This document shows, piece after piece, positions 47,744 to 59,338 of a stretch of DNA of 64,000 nt. The first letter of the stretch is position 1. Each line of letters starts with the position of its first letter. Origin of the DNA: Plasmodiophora brassicae. Taxonomy: Eukaryota. A program made the position numbers and the translations under genes. The stretch covers positions 372,001 through 436,000 of the forward strand of contig CP145412.1 in NCBI GenBank assembly GCA_036867785.1. Reading direction: 5' to 3'. Under the pieces are notes generated by a model. The model made no database searches, had not been told where the DNA came from, and saw only the letters and a list, made by a program, of their open reading frames with translations.

Positions 47744-49012
47744 GAGCATCTCCACCGCGTACGCAAAACCGCACTGCAGCGCTATTTTTCAGATCCGGAT
47801 TCCGTTTCTCGTCTCCGCCGCAGAGCGTCAAACTGCAAATATTTTGCTGGCGACGCAATTTTGGCCCTCGGCGCCTGAATATCCGTCGATTTTCAGGCGT
47901 CGCCCTGCGACTGCATCGCCAAAACGATGGAGCCCAGTGGGAACCGTCAGGACGGCGAGGCGAAGCGTTCGCAGCGAGGCACAACTTAATTGATGCGGAA
48001 TATGCTCAGTTGGCCCGCTCGTGGTTGAACGTGTCCCAGAACCCTGCAACAGGGACAGGGCGAGGCCCATTTCTGCAGCAACACCAGTGCCGGGGCGCGA
48101 TCGGCACGTTCTCTGCAGTCGAAATGGAGCACCATTCAGCGAGACGTTTCCAAGTTCGCTGAAAGAGCCGAACATGTCAGGGGAGCCTGTAGCCGCGTTG
48201 TCTTTGAGTTAGCGGTCGACATCGGCAGCTGTGGGCTTGCGCAGGTACACTGCTCCAAACCGTTCACGCTACAGACAACTGCCAGCCTCATCACATGCGG
48301 TGATTTGTTCACTGCCTTGAAGGATTCAAGGGCCGTACTCTCCCCGATCTTGATATACTCGTCGAGCGCGACGTCGGCCGGTAACCCATAGCACAGGCGC
48401 GCGGTTCACTGCTGTACACGTTTGAATTGTCGACAGGCCTGGTACACCCAACGCATCGACAAGTTGAATGAAGTACTCGTCCTCAAGATATACTTCCTTC
48501 ATTAAAAGTTCGAACAGCGTTCGCCTACCGGAATGTATTATTATGACAGGACACTCCTTGGAAGCGATCGTTACCCCATTCTAAAGCGACGCATGAACAG
48601 TTTTTCACCATAGAGCGGGACCCGGTCGAAGTAGTCTTGTCGGATGCGCAGGTCTGCAGCGACACGGTCTCCAGGCAAGTTCGGCCGTCGGCCAGGACGA
48701 GAGCCACCCCGTTTGACGTCGGTAGTACTGTCGGCCTGACTCGCACTGGAAGCGTCGAACATGTCGGGAAAGAACTCCAGCACCTTTTCATCTTCATCCC
48801 TGTCATTCTGCGCCTCCCGAACGAGTTTCTGAAAAGCTGCCCACCACTGCTCCATCGTGATGTCCTGCCCCAGACAAGTTTGCAGGCGCGCAAATTGCGT
48901 CGTCGCGGTGGGAAAAAATTGCAATCTACTGCAAAGCTTTTTCAGACGGTCCCAAAAAACTGCAACCCAAGGGATTTGGCGTATCATTTTCCCGCACGCG
49001 GTGGAGATGCTC
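47744..49012. mobile_element. Internally deleted Harbinger H2, in tandem with H1
   Basis: TIR GAGCATCTCCACCGCGT; TTA on both sides; remnants LARSWLNVSQNPATGTG (+) and GGSRPGRRPNLP...FMRRFRM (-). Confidence 0.9.
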
Positions 49013-49054
49013 TTATGACGCCTTATGACGCCTTATGACGTCATGACGTCATAA
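49013..49054 (+). repeat. (TTATGACGCC)n minisatellite, segment 3, ending in the 22-bp palindrome TTATGACGTCATGACGTCATAA
   Basis: Direct reading; palindrome at 49033-49054. Confidence 0.93.
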
Positions 49055-49084
49055 AATCTGGCCACGGAGTTATGACAGAGCCAT

Positions 49085-49186
49085 GGTTCCCCGCCATCCT
49101 TCAATTTGTTCCCCGTCATGCAAACATTATGTCCCCGCCATGCAAAAATTTCGTCCCCGTCATGCAAATTCATCTTCCCGTGGTGG
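49085..49186. mobile_element. Orphan right TIR of a Tc1/IS630-like element related to 50142-52431
   Basis: ~22-bp GTCCCCG(C/T)CATGCAAA repeats ending CTTCCCGTGGTGG|TA, similar to CTTCCGGTGGTTG|TA at 52431. Confidence 0.6.
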
Positions 49187-49616
49187 TACACACTAATTAA
49201 GGGGTAGGCCTCTAAAACCGCTAACACCCATTTAGTCTGATACAGACTAAGAGCATCTCCACCGGTGATCCATATCCATATATATATCCGCAAATTTAAT
49301 GATAATGATAGAGAATCTGTACCCCACTCGTTGTCCATATCTATAAACGGATATGGATCGTCATTAAATCCGTCGCAGATTTGAACAGATCTGGAACGGA
49401 TTTGAGGACAGCAAAATGGCGGACAGCGCGCTGCGAACAGCGCACCACGGACTGCGCGCCGGCGTCGGACAACCCCTCCCGTTTAAAGACTGACTGGTGT
49501 CCCGGCCACCGCTGGGGAAACCCCTACCTTTCACCAAATCTGGAATCCATAAATTGCGCGGTTAAAGATATGGATATGGATCACCGGTGGAGATGCTCTA
49601 ATTACGGTAAACACTG
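49187..49616. mobile_element. Right end of a relative of the 46002-47055 element, interrupted by a Harbinger MITE
   Basis: 49187-49250 plus 49602-49616 align with 46977-47055; ends CACTG|TA. Confidence 0.75.
49251..49598. mobile_element. Tourist-like Harbinger MITE (348 bp)
   Basis: 31-bp TIR GAGCATCTCCACCGGTGATCCATATCCATAT; TAA TSD. Confidence 0.93.
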
Positions 49617-49716
49617 TAGATTCGTGGGTAGTAAGAGTCGTTTAGGACTGATCATAGGGGGTCATTTGTGCAGATGGAAGGCGAAGGGGGGCCTGTAAAA
49701 GGTGGCCACCTCACAC

Positions 49717-49742
49717 GGGGGGGGGGGGGGGGGGGGGGGGGG
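49717..49742 (+). repeat. Poly-G run (26 nt)
   Basis: Direct reading. Confidence 0.9.
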
Positions 49743-50141
49743 AAGATGTCGTTCAGTAGTGTAGACCGATCAACCGAAGTGAGGACGATCAAACGCCTAC
49801 GAACCTTTGAGGGCTCACGAGCCCTTAATTACACTCGCCCCGGAGTCGCCACCCTGCGAGTCTCCAGCACAAATTAAAAGGCGATAGACCGGCATTGCCA
49901 GGTCGGGGAAAGCGAGCGTTCTGCGAACTTCCCTACGGTCCTCCGAACCGAAACCGAGACACCTGCGTAAAAAGCGCGAAACTCAACTCAACTCAACTAA
50001 ACTGACGATCTTGTCTACATGGTGCAATTCGACGTCTGCGATCAAGCTCGCCCCTGGTATTCAGTTTACGTCGGCCAAGTGGTGGACCCCAAGACACCTC
50101 GCTGGAACGAGCACGTCCTGACAGTCATGTGTCGGGTGTTA

Positions 50142-52431
50142 CAACCACCGGAAGGTATATTTGGATCACAAGGACACAATTTATGGATCACGGGGACACA
50201 AACATTGGATTACGGGGACACAATTTTTGGATCATGGGGACATAATTTTTGCATCACGTGGAACAAAATGATGGATCAGACAGACAACGTGAATGGATCA
50301 TTATGCATTTATTGTGTCCCTCAACAGGATAGGTGTCTAGGCGAGAGGTGGGTGGTAGTCAATGGCAGGTTCTCCAGGTGGTCCTTGAGGAGCGTTGTCA
50401 TTGTCGTCGCCGGGTCCCGATGAACTCGTCTGTGTTTGAGCGCCGTACCAGTTCTCAATGAAATCCTTGGTTAAACGGGAGCAACCGAAAACGTCGCGAA
50501 GGTGCTGGCAGTGGTCCGGTGTGTACTCCTCGTAGAAATGTGGTAGATAACTGTTCAGGAGATCATCGACATCCAGCGTGCCTGTCGGACAGAAAGTTTC
50601 GTCGTCGCCGTGATGGGCAGATTCGTAAAGCTTTTGAGTGTACACTGGTCGTCGGTCTTTGCAATACGCCAAGAATTCACGCATGTGATCGTACGTTTGA
50701 CGAATATCGTCATTCGTAACACGACGAACTTCCTCCACTAACGCCTGCTTGTTACTCGCGAGCGATCGCTCATCCGATGACGCAGCAACCCAACGGAGCC
50801 AGATACGGACCTTAACGAGTCCGAAGAGTTCTTCACAAGGATTTAGGAACGGCGAATACTCTGGTAGGAACTCGAGTTGGAAGAGGTTAGCGACCAGGTC
50901 CCCGCTGAAGAAACTTTCCACGCAACTGGCGCGGTGCAAGCGCGCGTTGTCAAGTATAAAAAGCCGCCGGCGACTCCCATACGACGCTTTTAAGTATGAG
51001 CTGACCATGTTGTTGCTGAAAGCAAGAAAGACATCACGGTCGATGGAAGTATCAAGCACCTCATACCATACAACACCAATTGCTGGAGTTACAGCCAAGA
51101 GCAGCGAGACGTGGTGTCCCCCCGCGGGATCTTCAGAAATGGAAGGTACCCACCCACGCACCGACCAAATTTTACGATTGGCAATTCGCCTCAATGGCAT
51201 TTCGTCACAATATATCGCGTCATAGAGCGGATTAGGCCCAAATATTCCGCGATACTCCTCGGATTCAAGTCGAATAACATACTCAAACCGCTTATCGATG
51301 GTCTCTTGCGCATTACGCCTGATGTGGAACGACTTAAAATCGCCAAGTCGGAACCCAACTCGGTCGCGCAAGTGCCTGCTCAATGTTTTTTCAGAAACGT
51401 CGACATCGTAGGATAGCTTCAGGAACTTCTTCGCAAGTGCAAGAGTCGACCCAGGACAGACAAACATAAATCGGGCTGCTGCGTCAAGCTGGACATCGGA
51501 TAGCTTACGGCGCGCTCCTCGCGGAATACCGTCGTGAGCATTCGAGACCTCGTTCAAGTGCCGCGATACGGTGGACTGAGAGCACCCTACTTCCCTCGCT
51601 ATCTCCTTTTGTGACCGACTTCCATCCAGAGCATGAATAAGGCGATCCTCTTGGTCATCAATGTGCGCTTTTCGCGGTACCAGCGCCTTCCGAACACGTT
51701 CTGGAACATCTTCAATTTGCACTTCACTGGCTAGTAGTCGGTTACTCCACTGGGCGACCTCGTTCTCGAATTGCTGTTGACGATCAGCCAACTCATGGTA
51801 GCGACTTATCTTTCTGTCAGCAACGGCGCGAACGTGATCAGCAGCGCATTGTAGTTGGAGCAATTGCTGCGTTGCACGCTGCCGAGACTTCTCACGCACG
51901 ACCCGGCACTGGTCGTCTAAGCGCCGTTTGTCGGCAGCGCGTCGTGCTTCTGTAGCCGCCGACGTGAATTCGACCTGACCGATTCTCGCGTCTGCGGCGA
52001 TCGTGGGATCCAACCTCGGGATCCGTTCAGGGTTCATCGCTGGTCGCCCCCGCCGACGCCGAATGAGATGAGACGGTTCGTCTCCTTCTGCTGTGTATCA
52101 GTACTGAATCACATTGCCAATGTGATGCTGCCCGTCAAGTACATGACGCTTACCACTATTTGCATGCCGACTCTGACGACTTGCGACGCTCAACGTTGAT
52201 GCATTCGCCTCGCCACATGCGGTCGCCTGATCCATTTGATGTGGCCCAACGATCCACGAAATCCGTCCCGGTGATCCATTTTAACTTGTCCGCCCGATCC
52301 GCCAATTTGGTCCGCGTGATGCAAAAATTGTGTCCCCATGATCCAAAAATTATGTCCCCGTGATCCAATGTTTGTGTCCCCGTGATCCATAAATTGTGTC
52401 CCTGTGATCCAAATATACCTTCCGGTGGTTG
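50142..52431 (-). mobile_element. Tc1/IS630-like transposon with long modular TIRs
   Basis: TIR begins CAACCACCGGAAGGTATATTTGGATCAC and continues as ~21-22 bp GGATCACGGGGACACAA repeats for >110 bp; TA TSD. Confidence 0.93.
50337..52037 (-). CDS. DD38E Tc1/IS630-family transposase, 566 aa, intact
   Basis: HTH SQKEIAREVGCSQSTVSRHL; IYCDE, FILDNARLH, FLPEYSPFLNPCE (38 residues between D and E). Confidence 0.9.
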   Translation of the reverse strand: MNPERIPRLDPTIAADARIGQVEFTSAATEARRAADKRRLDDQCRVVREKSRQRATQQLLQLQCAADHVRAVADRKISRYHELADRQQQFENEVAQWSNRLLASEVQIEDVPERVRKALVPRKAHIDDQEDRLIHALDGSRSQKEIAREVGCSQSTVSRHLNEVSNAHDGIPRGARRKLSDVQLDAAARFMFVCPGSTLALAKKFLKLSYDVDVSEKTLSRHLRDRVGFRLGDFKSFHIRRNAQETIDKRFEYVIRLESEEYRGIFGPNPLYDAIYCDEMPLRRIANRKIWSVRGWVPSISEDPAGGHHVSLLLAVTPAIGVVWYEVLDTSIDRDVFLAFSNNMVSSYLKASYGSRRRLFILDNARLHRASCVESFFSGDLVANLFQLEFLPEYSPFLNPCEELFGLVKVRIWLRWVAASSDERSLASNKQALVEEVRRVTNDDIRQTYDHMREFLAYCKDRRPVYTQKLYESAHHGDDETFCPTGTLDVDDLLNSYLPHFYEEYTPDHCQHLRDVFGCSRLTKDFIENWYGAQTQTSSSGPGDDNDNAPQGPPGEPAIDYHPPLA

Positions 52432-52993
52432 TATAATATATACACGACGTTATTCCCGCCAGTTCGACGGTACTCGGCAGAGACCCTGGCCCGGTACGTG
52501 TCCGTACATAAGTGCTTTCCGATGAAGATAACGGCTGACTCGGTCTTGAGGCTATGACCTGCTCGAGGTGCTTATAGGCACGGCATCCGGGTTTCGATTG
52601 ACGATGACGGTGGCGTATCGCGCACGTGGTAACGGATGGCCGAACATCCGCACAGAAGGCGTCCTTACCGAGGAAGACCGAGGAGGACTTAACGCGATGA
52701 CGCGATGAGAACTTTAGGTCGAGCACCTGACGTTTTCATACTGCAAACTGCAAAGGCGTCTGCGAAATGACGAAATAAAGGAGACGCCTCGCTATCTGGA
52801 GTTCAGGTGGGATATATCTAAAGGGTCCTGTGGAATATGATGTTGTACTACCAAGGTAGTAAGTAGATCGTCACAGTAGTTCGTCACACTGTACCCGAAG
52901 AATAAAGAAAGTCTCTTATTGTTTGCTCAGTCGTCGCGGGCTGTTGTCGACGTCCCTGAGAGCGTCGGGCTCGTGGCGGCACGCCGAAAGTAC

Positions 52994-53005
52994 AGAAACG
53001 TTTCT
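52994..53005 (+). promoter_or_regulatory. Palindrome AGAAACGTTTCT at the PBS position of G3
   Basis: Perfect 12-bp palindrome including the terminal A of the 5' LTR. Confidence 0.8.
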
Positions 53006-55963
53006 AGCGACAACTTTGGCGCTACCGAGACTCTCCCATGTCAAGGGGACGGTTGGTCGAGTATGGCATCGGCCAGTCGAGTGATGATGATATCGCGCAG
53101 TTGGGAGGTAGGCCTCTCTTCATGTCGATTGTCTCCGACCTTGAAGTCGAAAAACTTCGAGGAGATAACAAAATTCTTGAAACGGTACAAACAAATATTG
53201 TACCCGTATTGAACAACGCAGAAAACTTCACAACGAGGATACACCCACAGGCACTACGAGAGTGTATCGACGACGACGAGCTGGATGACATTGCTCAGTA
53301 TCGTATGCGGAAACCTCTTGATGAAGTTACTGACGATGATCTCTTAGCGTATCTGCAAGTAGTGCAGAAGAGAAACGCGAAAGGAAACAAGGAACACAAC
53401 CTGAAAGAGTTGTTGAAGAAGGCCGTTATCATGGACATGTCGATTCAGTCGAGCCACGAGCGAGTGGACGATTTGTTCGGCAAATTCAACAGATTCGTAC
53501 GTGACCGTCATCTGGACGACAAGTACAAAGGAACGGAAAAGAAGGTGAAGAAGAAAATCAAGATCCTGTACGAAGGTATTCGCCCAAAGGAGTTGAAGGA
53601 TATGATCTTCGAGGAAATAGAATTCGGTGATCATGAGGACGCTTGGTATGACGAGATCAAATTCTTTGACCTCGTAGATAAGCTAGCCGATGAGCAACAG
53701 CGCAATCACATAAGTCGCATCCGCAAAGAAAAACGTATGGCCAACGGTGGACACCGAGTCGAAAAGAAAAACAACGTAACCACGGCAATGGTGGCGGTGG
53801 AAACGGTGGCGGCGGCGGACGCAACACCGGCAGCAACAACAAAGACAGTGGCACGAACCAGTCCACGAAGAAGACTGAACATTCAGGTAAACAGCCTGCT
53901 GCTAAGATCCCTGATCATGTTAGGGAAAATTACGAGAAGAAGAAACCGCCGGAAGGTGGATGTGCATTCTGCAAAGGAGATCATTGGTTGCCCTTATGCA
54001 CGAAAGTCACACCCGAGAAGCGAAAGGAATTGCTGACCCAGATCAAAGAGAAGAATCAGCACAATCAACAGAAAGATCAAGTTACCCCAGTTCCCACGAA
54101 GGACACGTACAGAGCACAAACGAGCGACATCCGGAAATGCCTCGTTAGGTTCGGTACGTGTACAGGATTGCATATCGTTCCAGTATGAATTCGACAGTGG
54201 TTGTACGGCGACAACGCTGTCTCTGACCCAGTTGGATATTATCCAAAGCAAATCGTTTGTGTCTTATAGGAAATTCGAAAATCCTGTCACCAGCAAACTC
54301 GCGAAAGCCGATGAGATTGCAACAATGATTGGATTGGCGATCTTAGATCTGACGTTTACATCTCAACAGGGTACTCAAGTCACCCTACGCCGAGTTGAAT
54401 GTCTAGTCTCCAGAAACGATTTGAGCGATAACGTCATCCTTATCGGCCGACGTGAGCTCGACATTCTTGGCATTAACCCCGATGATATTTTCGAAGACAA
54501 GTATTCCAACCATGCTGACAGTGTGGAACTTGTATGTAGCTATGAAGATCGACTACAGAATTTGACGACGAAACGCTTTCGTGTTGAGACTTCAAATGAA
54601 GCGGTAACGCAACCTGATCCTGGTGATGATTATTTCGTTGATGTAGGCGACTTCGACAAATCGGAAGTTGACAAGGCTATCGATAGCATGGTGGATCGCG
54701 CCGGTGAGGAAGGGCTTCCAATTGAACACAAGAGTGAGTTACGCCGTATTGTGTATGATCGCCATGACGTATGGCGAATTAATTGGATCGTATACCTCCA
54801 GTGAAGGTGACACCCATGAAATTGCATTTGAAACATGATGCTAAACCTGTAGCCTGTGGAGCCGGGAGGTACCCCATACCTCACCAGCAATTCCTGCATG
54901 AACATTGTGCGAATCTACTGGAGAACGACTTTATATATCGGAACCCTCAGTCCCGATATGCTTCCAGAGCCGACGTCCACGAGAAGAAGGACTTTAGTAA
55001 TCGTGGTTATCGCATGACCGCTGATTATCGCCCTGTCAATCGGCAGATTGAACGTGTGGCTTGGCCTATGCCGCATTTGGATGTCGTTCTTATGTATCTA
55101 CGGACGGCAACGATATTCATGTTATTTGACGCCTTCAAAGGCTATTGGCAGTTTCCCCTGCATGTCGATTCGCAGGAAGTTTGTTCGTTTATGACGCACG
55201 AGGGTAACTTCACACCCAAACGCATAATGCAAGGCATTTGCGATGCCGTATTTGCCTTCCAATCTGGGATGCAGGAAGTTCTGGGCGAACTCTTGTATTT
55301 ATGTGTTCTTCTTTGGATTGATGATGTTCTTGGCTACGTCTCCGACTTCAAGGAGTATTTCACTGTTTTGAAGCGCATTCTGAAGAAGTTTGCATCATTC
55401 GGTGTTAAGTGCAATCCAAATCGCTGTCATCTTTTCTTGAAGAAGGTGAAGTGGTGTGGGCGCATCACTTCGTCCGAAGGTGTTTCGTATGATCCTGACA
55501 TGATCTGCGCTCTGAAGACGATGTCGATCCCGCAGACTGCCGCTGATTTGCAGCAGTTTATATGTGGACTGAACTGGATGCGGTCTGCTATTCCGCGTTT
55601 CGCTGAACGTGTGCATCCGCTGCAGCAATTGTTGCTGGAAGCGTCACGCTCAATTGGTTCGTTGAAGAAGCGTCAGCTTCGTCGCGTTCGACTCGATCAT
55701 ATCGGTTGGGGAGATGCGCATGCCCGAAGTTTTGAAACGCTGAAGGATGTTCTGGCTAATTTGATGACAACCCAAAAGATGGTTGGATAGTCTGCATGTT
55801 TCCTGATGCATCAAATCACTTCTGGTCTGTTTTTCTGACACAGATTCCATCTACCGATCTTGTTAAATCGTATGATGATCAGCAGCATGAACCATTGGCG
55901 TTCATTTCTGGTTCGTTTAAAGGCAATCAGCTACGCTGGGCGACTATCGAGAAAGAAGCCTTT

Positions 55964-56146
55964 TGTAGATCGTGTATAGAGAACCTCAGCGTCCTCGTTC
56001 CCAGATCTCCTGATCCTTCTCCCCCATGCCGTCCGGCCTTCCCGCATGCCGTACGGACTCTCCTGGTCTTAGGGCTACCTCTCCTAGATGCTGTTCTTGG
56101 TATCTCTGGCTGCGACAGGGCATGCTGCACTGCTCCACCGTCTACA
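55964..56146 (-). mobile_element. Solo LTR of the G2 family inside the G3 RNaseH region
   Basis: 183 bp, reverse complement of the G2 LTR with ~5 substitutions; 4-bp TSD CTTT; excision restores EKEAFAIVEGC. Confidence 0.95.
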
Positions 56147-59100
56147 CTTTGCTATCGTTGAAGGTTGTTTTCGATTGAAGCATTTCTTGTATACTTCATT
56201 ACCTTTTCGAATCTTCACTGACCATCGTAATCTTGCATTTATTCTGGTCCCATATCGCTATATGACGTCACCAAGTCGTACAACGGGTGATCGCTTGGAG
56301 CGATGGCGTTTGCAGCTTGAATCTTTAAATTTCGAAATCGAACATATTCCAGGTGATGAGAATATCTGGGCTGATCTTGGCACAGGTTGGGGGGCTCCTG
56401 TCTCTTCTGAAGTGTCAGGTACTGTTTCGTCTGTTCGTCATCTGCGTCTTTGTCCGAAAGCAGTTCGTTTTCGTGACTATCGCATTCATGATGATTTTTT
56501 ATGGCCGACTATTGCTGACATCGATGAGTCGCAATTATCCTTTTGTCGTGATTCTGGTATTGTCCTACCTGCTGAAGGAGATCTGGAACTTGAAGGTGTT
56601 CCGTTCGCTTTGCATCGAAATGATCACGGTGTTTGGTCGCTTCCTGATGGTCCTGTCTGGATTCCTCCTGGTCCTCTACAACTTCGCATTATGGTTATAC
56701 TCATATGGGTTTGTCAGGACATTTAATTTAACGCCTGATAATACTCTGACAGACACTGATTCGCCAACACTTCTGGTGGGCGGATCTGGATGATTCAGTT
56801 CGACAATTTGTGCAACATTGTTTGCACTGCCTCCGAAACCGCAATGGGACGGTTATACCGCGGTCGTTTGGTTATGCAATGCATGCTCGTCAGTCGTCAC
56901 CCAATAAGGTGCTACACTACGACTTTTTGTTCATCGAGAAGCCGCGTGCAGGCTGCTACCACTCAAATCGATATGTCTTGGTTTTGAAGGACGATTTCTC
57001 TGGTTTCGTTGAATTGGTCCCTGTCGAATCTGCGGATCACATCTCTGTTGCTGAATCAATGATTGATTGGTTCAAGCGCTTTGGCATTGTTCGCCAGCAT
57101 GTCTCTGATCAAGGTTCACATTTTATGAATAAGGTGATCGACGAACTTGTGTCGCGTTTGCACATCGCCCGTCACTTTACAACTGCCTATACGCCATGGG
57201 CTAACGGCACTGTCGAGATCGTTAACCGTCGAATTCTCTTTCTTTTGAAAACACTCCTGTCTGAATTCGGAATGATTTTTCAAGATTGGCCGTGTGTGCT
57301 TCCACTCATTAATATGGTTATTAACCATACAATTCGGCCCCGGATCGGTTACGCTCCTGTCACAATATTTACTGGTCTGGAACCATCGACTCTGCTATCT
57401 TCGATCTTCATTTCACGGTTGGATTCTGTTGTTGATGTTCCGCTTACACCTGATCGTCTCGTTGAGTTGACATCTGAACTTATTGAGGCATTGGACAGTA
57501 TTCACTCTGATGCGTCGCATCGTATCAACAAACAACGCGCTCAACAACACAAGTCGCGTTTGAATCGCCGCAATGTTCAACCGATTAATTTTGCTCCTGG
57601 GGACTACGTTCTCGTTGCGAAACGTTCGGGACGTAAAACTTCGTACAATTGGACTGGACCTTGTGAGATCATATCGCATGTTAACCAGCATGTCTATTCT
57701 GTTCGTAACCTGTTAACCGACGATGTCACTGAGATCCATGCCCAACGATTGATGTTCTATCATGATTCGTCATTGAATGTCACCTCGGACATGTTGCATA
57801 ATATTGCTTTGACTGGCAGCACCTACATCGTTGATCGTATATCTGACATGCGATCGGATCCTGTTTCCGGTGATCTTGAACTGCTTGTCCATTGGCAAGG
57901 TTTTCAAGATGAGGATGCAACTTGGGAACCGTACACAACAATGGCTACGGATACTCCTGATAAGTTCGTCAGTTCTTGTCTACGCGTACTGATGACCTAT
58001 CTCGCAAACTGGCGCAAGATTTCTGAAAGGGGAAGTGTACCAAGGTAGTAGATCGTCACAGTAGATCGTCACACTGTACCCGAAGAATAAAGACAGTCTC
58101 TTATTGTTTGCTCAGTCGTCGCGGGCTGTTGTCGACGTCCCTGAGAGCGTCGGGCTCGTGGCGGCACGCCGAAAGTACAGATGTCCAGCTGCCCAAGAAA
58201 CGGGTCGATCGATCATATATACTGCGAATACCCCTGCAACGTCTCCCACGGCGGTTGCGGTAGGCATGGGAGGTCGCACATCGAATGGCGAAAGTAGCGT
58301 AGGGCCAGCCTGCTGGAGATCGAGAATCTAATTATTAGTGCGACCCCTGCCATTGACATCGCAGTCCAGGGTCATCGTTGCAATACACACGAACTTCGCT
58401 GAGGAATCCCTACCAGGTCACAATATCATACATGTGTGCCTAACAGAATCAATACGAGCGCCGATGACAATATGGATCTTGCACGCCAACCACTCCCTCG
58501 TACCTGTACCGATCGGCGTCAACGATTAGCCGCCCCGCGTATTCGTGCCGACAGGGACAGGAGATCACACCGCCTGCCCCGTCTCCGGTGTGCTTTTTAA
58601 CGTATATGGCGAGGCAGGGCTGGCAGAACAAGTCGAGACCGATTAGATAATGCATATGGAACAGTAAGCGAAACGGTCGCGTAAGAGCGCGCCATAAACG
58701 ACGAGGACGGGCGATATTGCCGGCATGCGCGCGCAGGAACGAACACTGGCGGAAGTTGCGAGACGTGGAGACCGATCGATCATTCCCAGGATCAATACGT
58801 CGTCAGCGGCCTACATAGGGTCTGAGTGTACAGGACAATCGTATTACGTACATGTTCTTCGGCAGCGGCTACCTGAATTCCCATGTCAACACATGCCGCG
58901 GACCATACATTACATTTTATGTTGCTCCGGGTACTCAAATCGCCGTCAAGGGATCGACTCCGGAAGCGCTGCACGTGACAGGTACACGTCAATGTGCGAC
59001 TACACGCGGCGATCTGCCATGTCCTGCATTTGCCACGGACAGGGATGCGGCAGCTGCATGTCCACCGTGCTGTAGCGGCAGGGCTGCGTGGGCTGCTGGC

Positions 59101-59338
59101 TGCCTGCTTGCCTGCAGCTGCTGGCTGGTACGTAGACGGGGCGCGGGGCCGCGCGCGCACTTGGTCCTGACAAATAGTGCGTGACTGAGCGCTGCGGCAG
59201 CACACATTGTCCGTCATCTCGCTGACAATCGTGACAGGCACGATCCGAGCCCATCAGTCGACGCTGCACGCTGTCTGCCGAGCACCTGGACGAAATTGTT
59301 CTTCGCTGGTGCATATCGCATACAGGCTGTCCGTATCG

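Larger units (their letters stand above)
52844..58179 (+). mobile_element. Degenerate chromodomain-bearing Ty3/Gypsy element G3 (relative of G1)
   Basis: LTRs 52844-52994 (151 bp) and 58036-58179 (144 bp); TSD GATGT; PPT GAAAGGGGAAG; frameshifted gag-pol 53038-58048 (LLWIDDVLG, HVSDQGSHF, LLVHWQGFQDEDATWEP). Confidence 0.95.

Noticed and set aside
49717-49742. Poly-G as a functional G-quadruplex element
   Set aside because: Homopolymer length is unreliable in assemblies and there is no supporting context.
58200-59200. Possible small spliced gene before the PHD gene
   Set aside because: Only short ORFs with no motif I can support.
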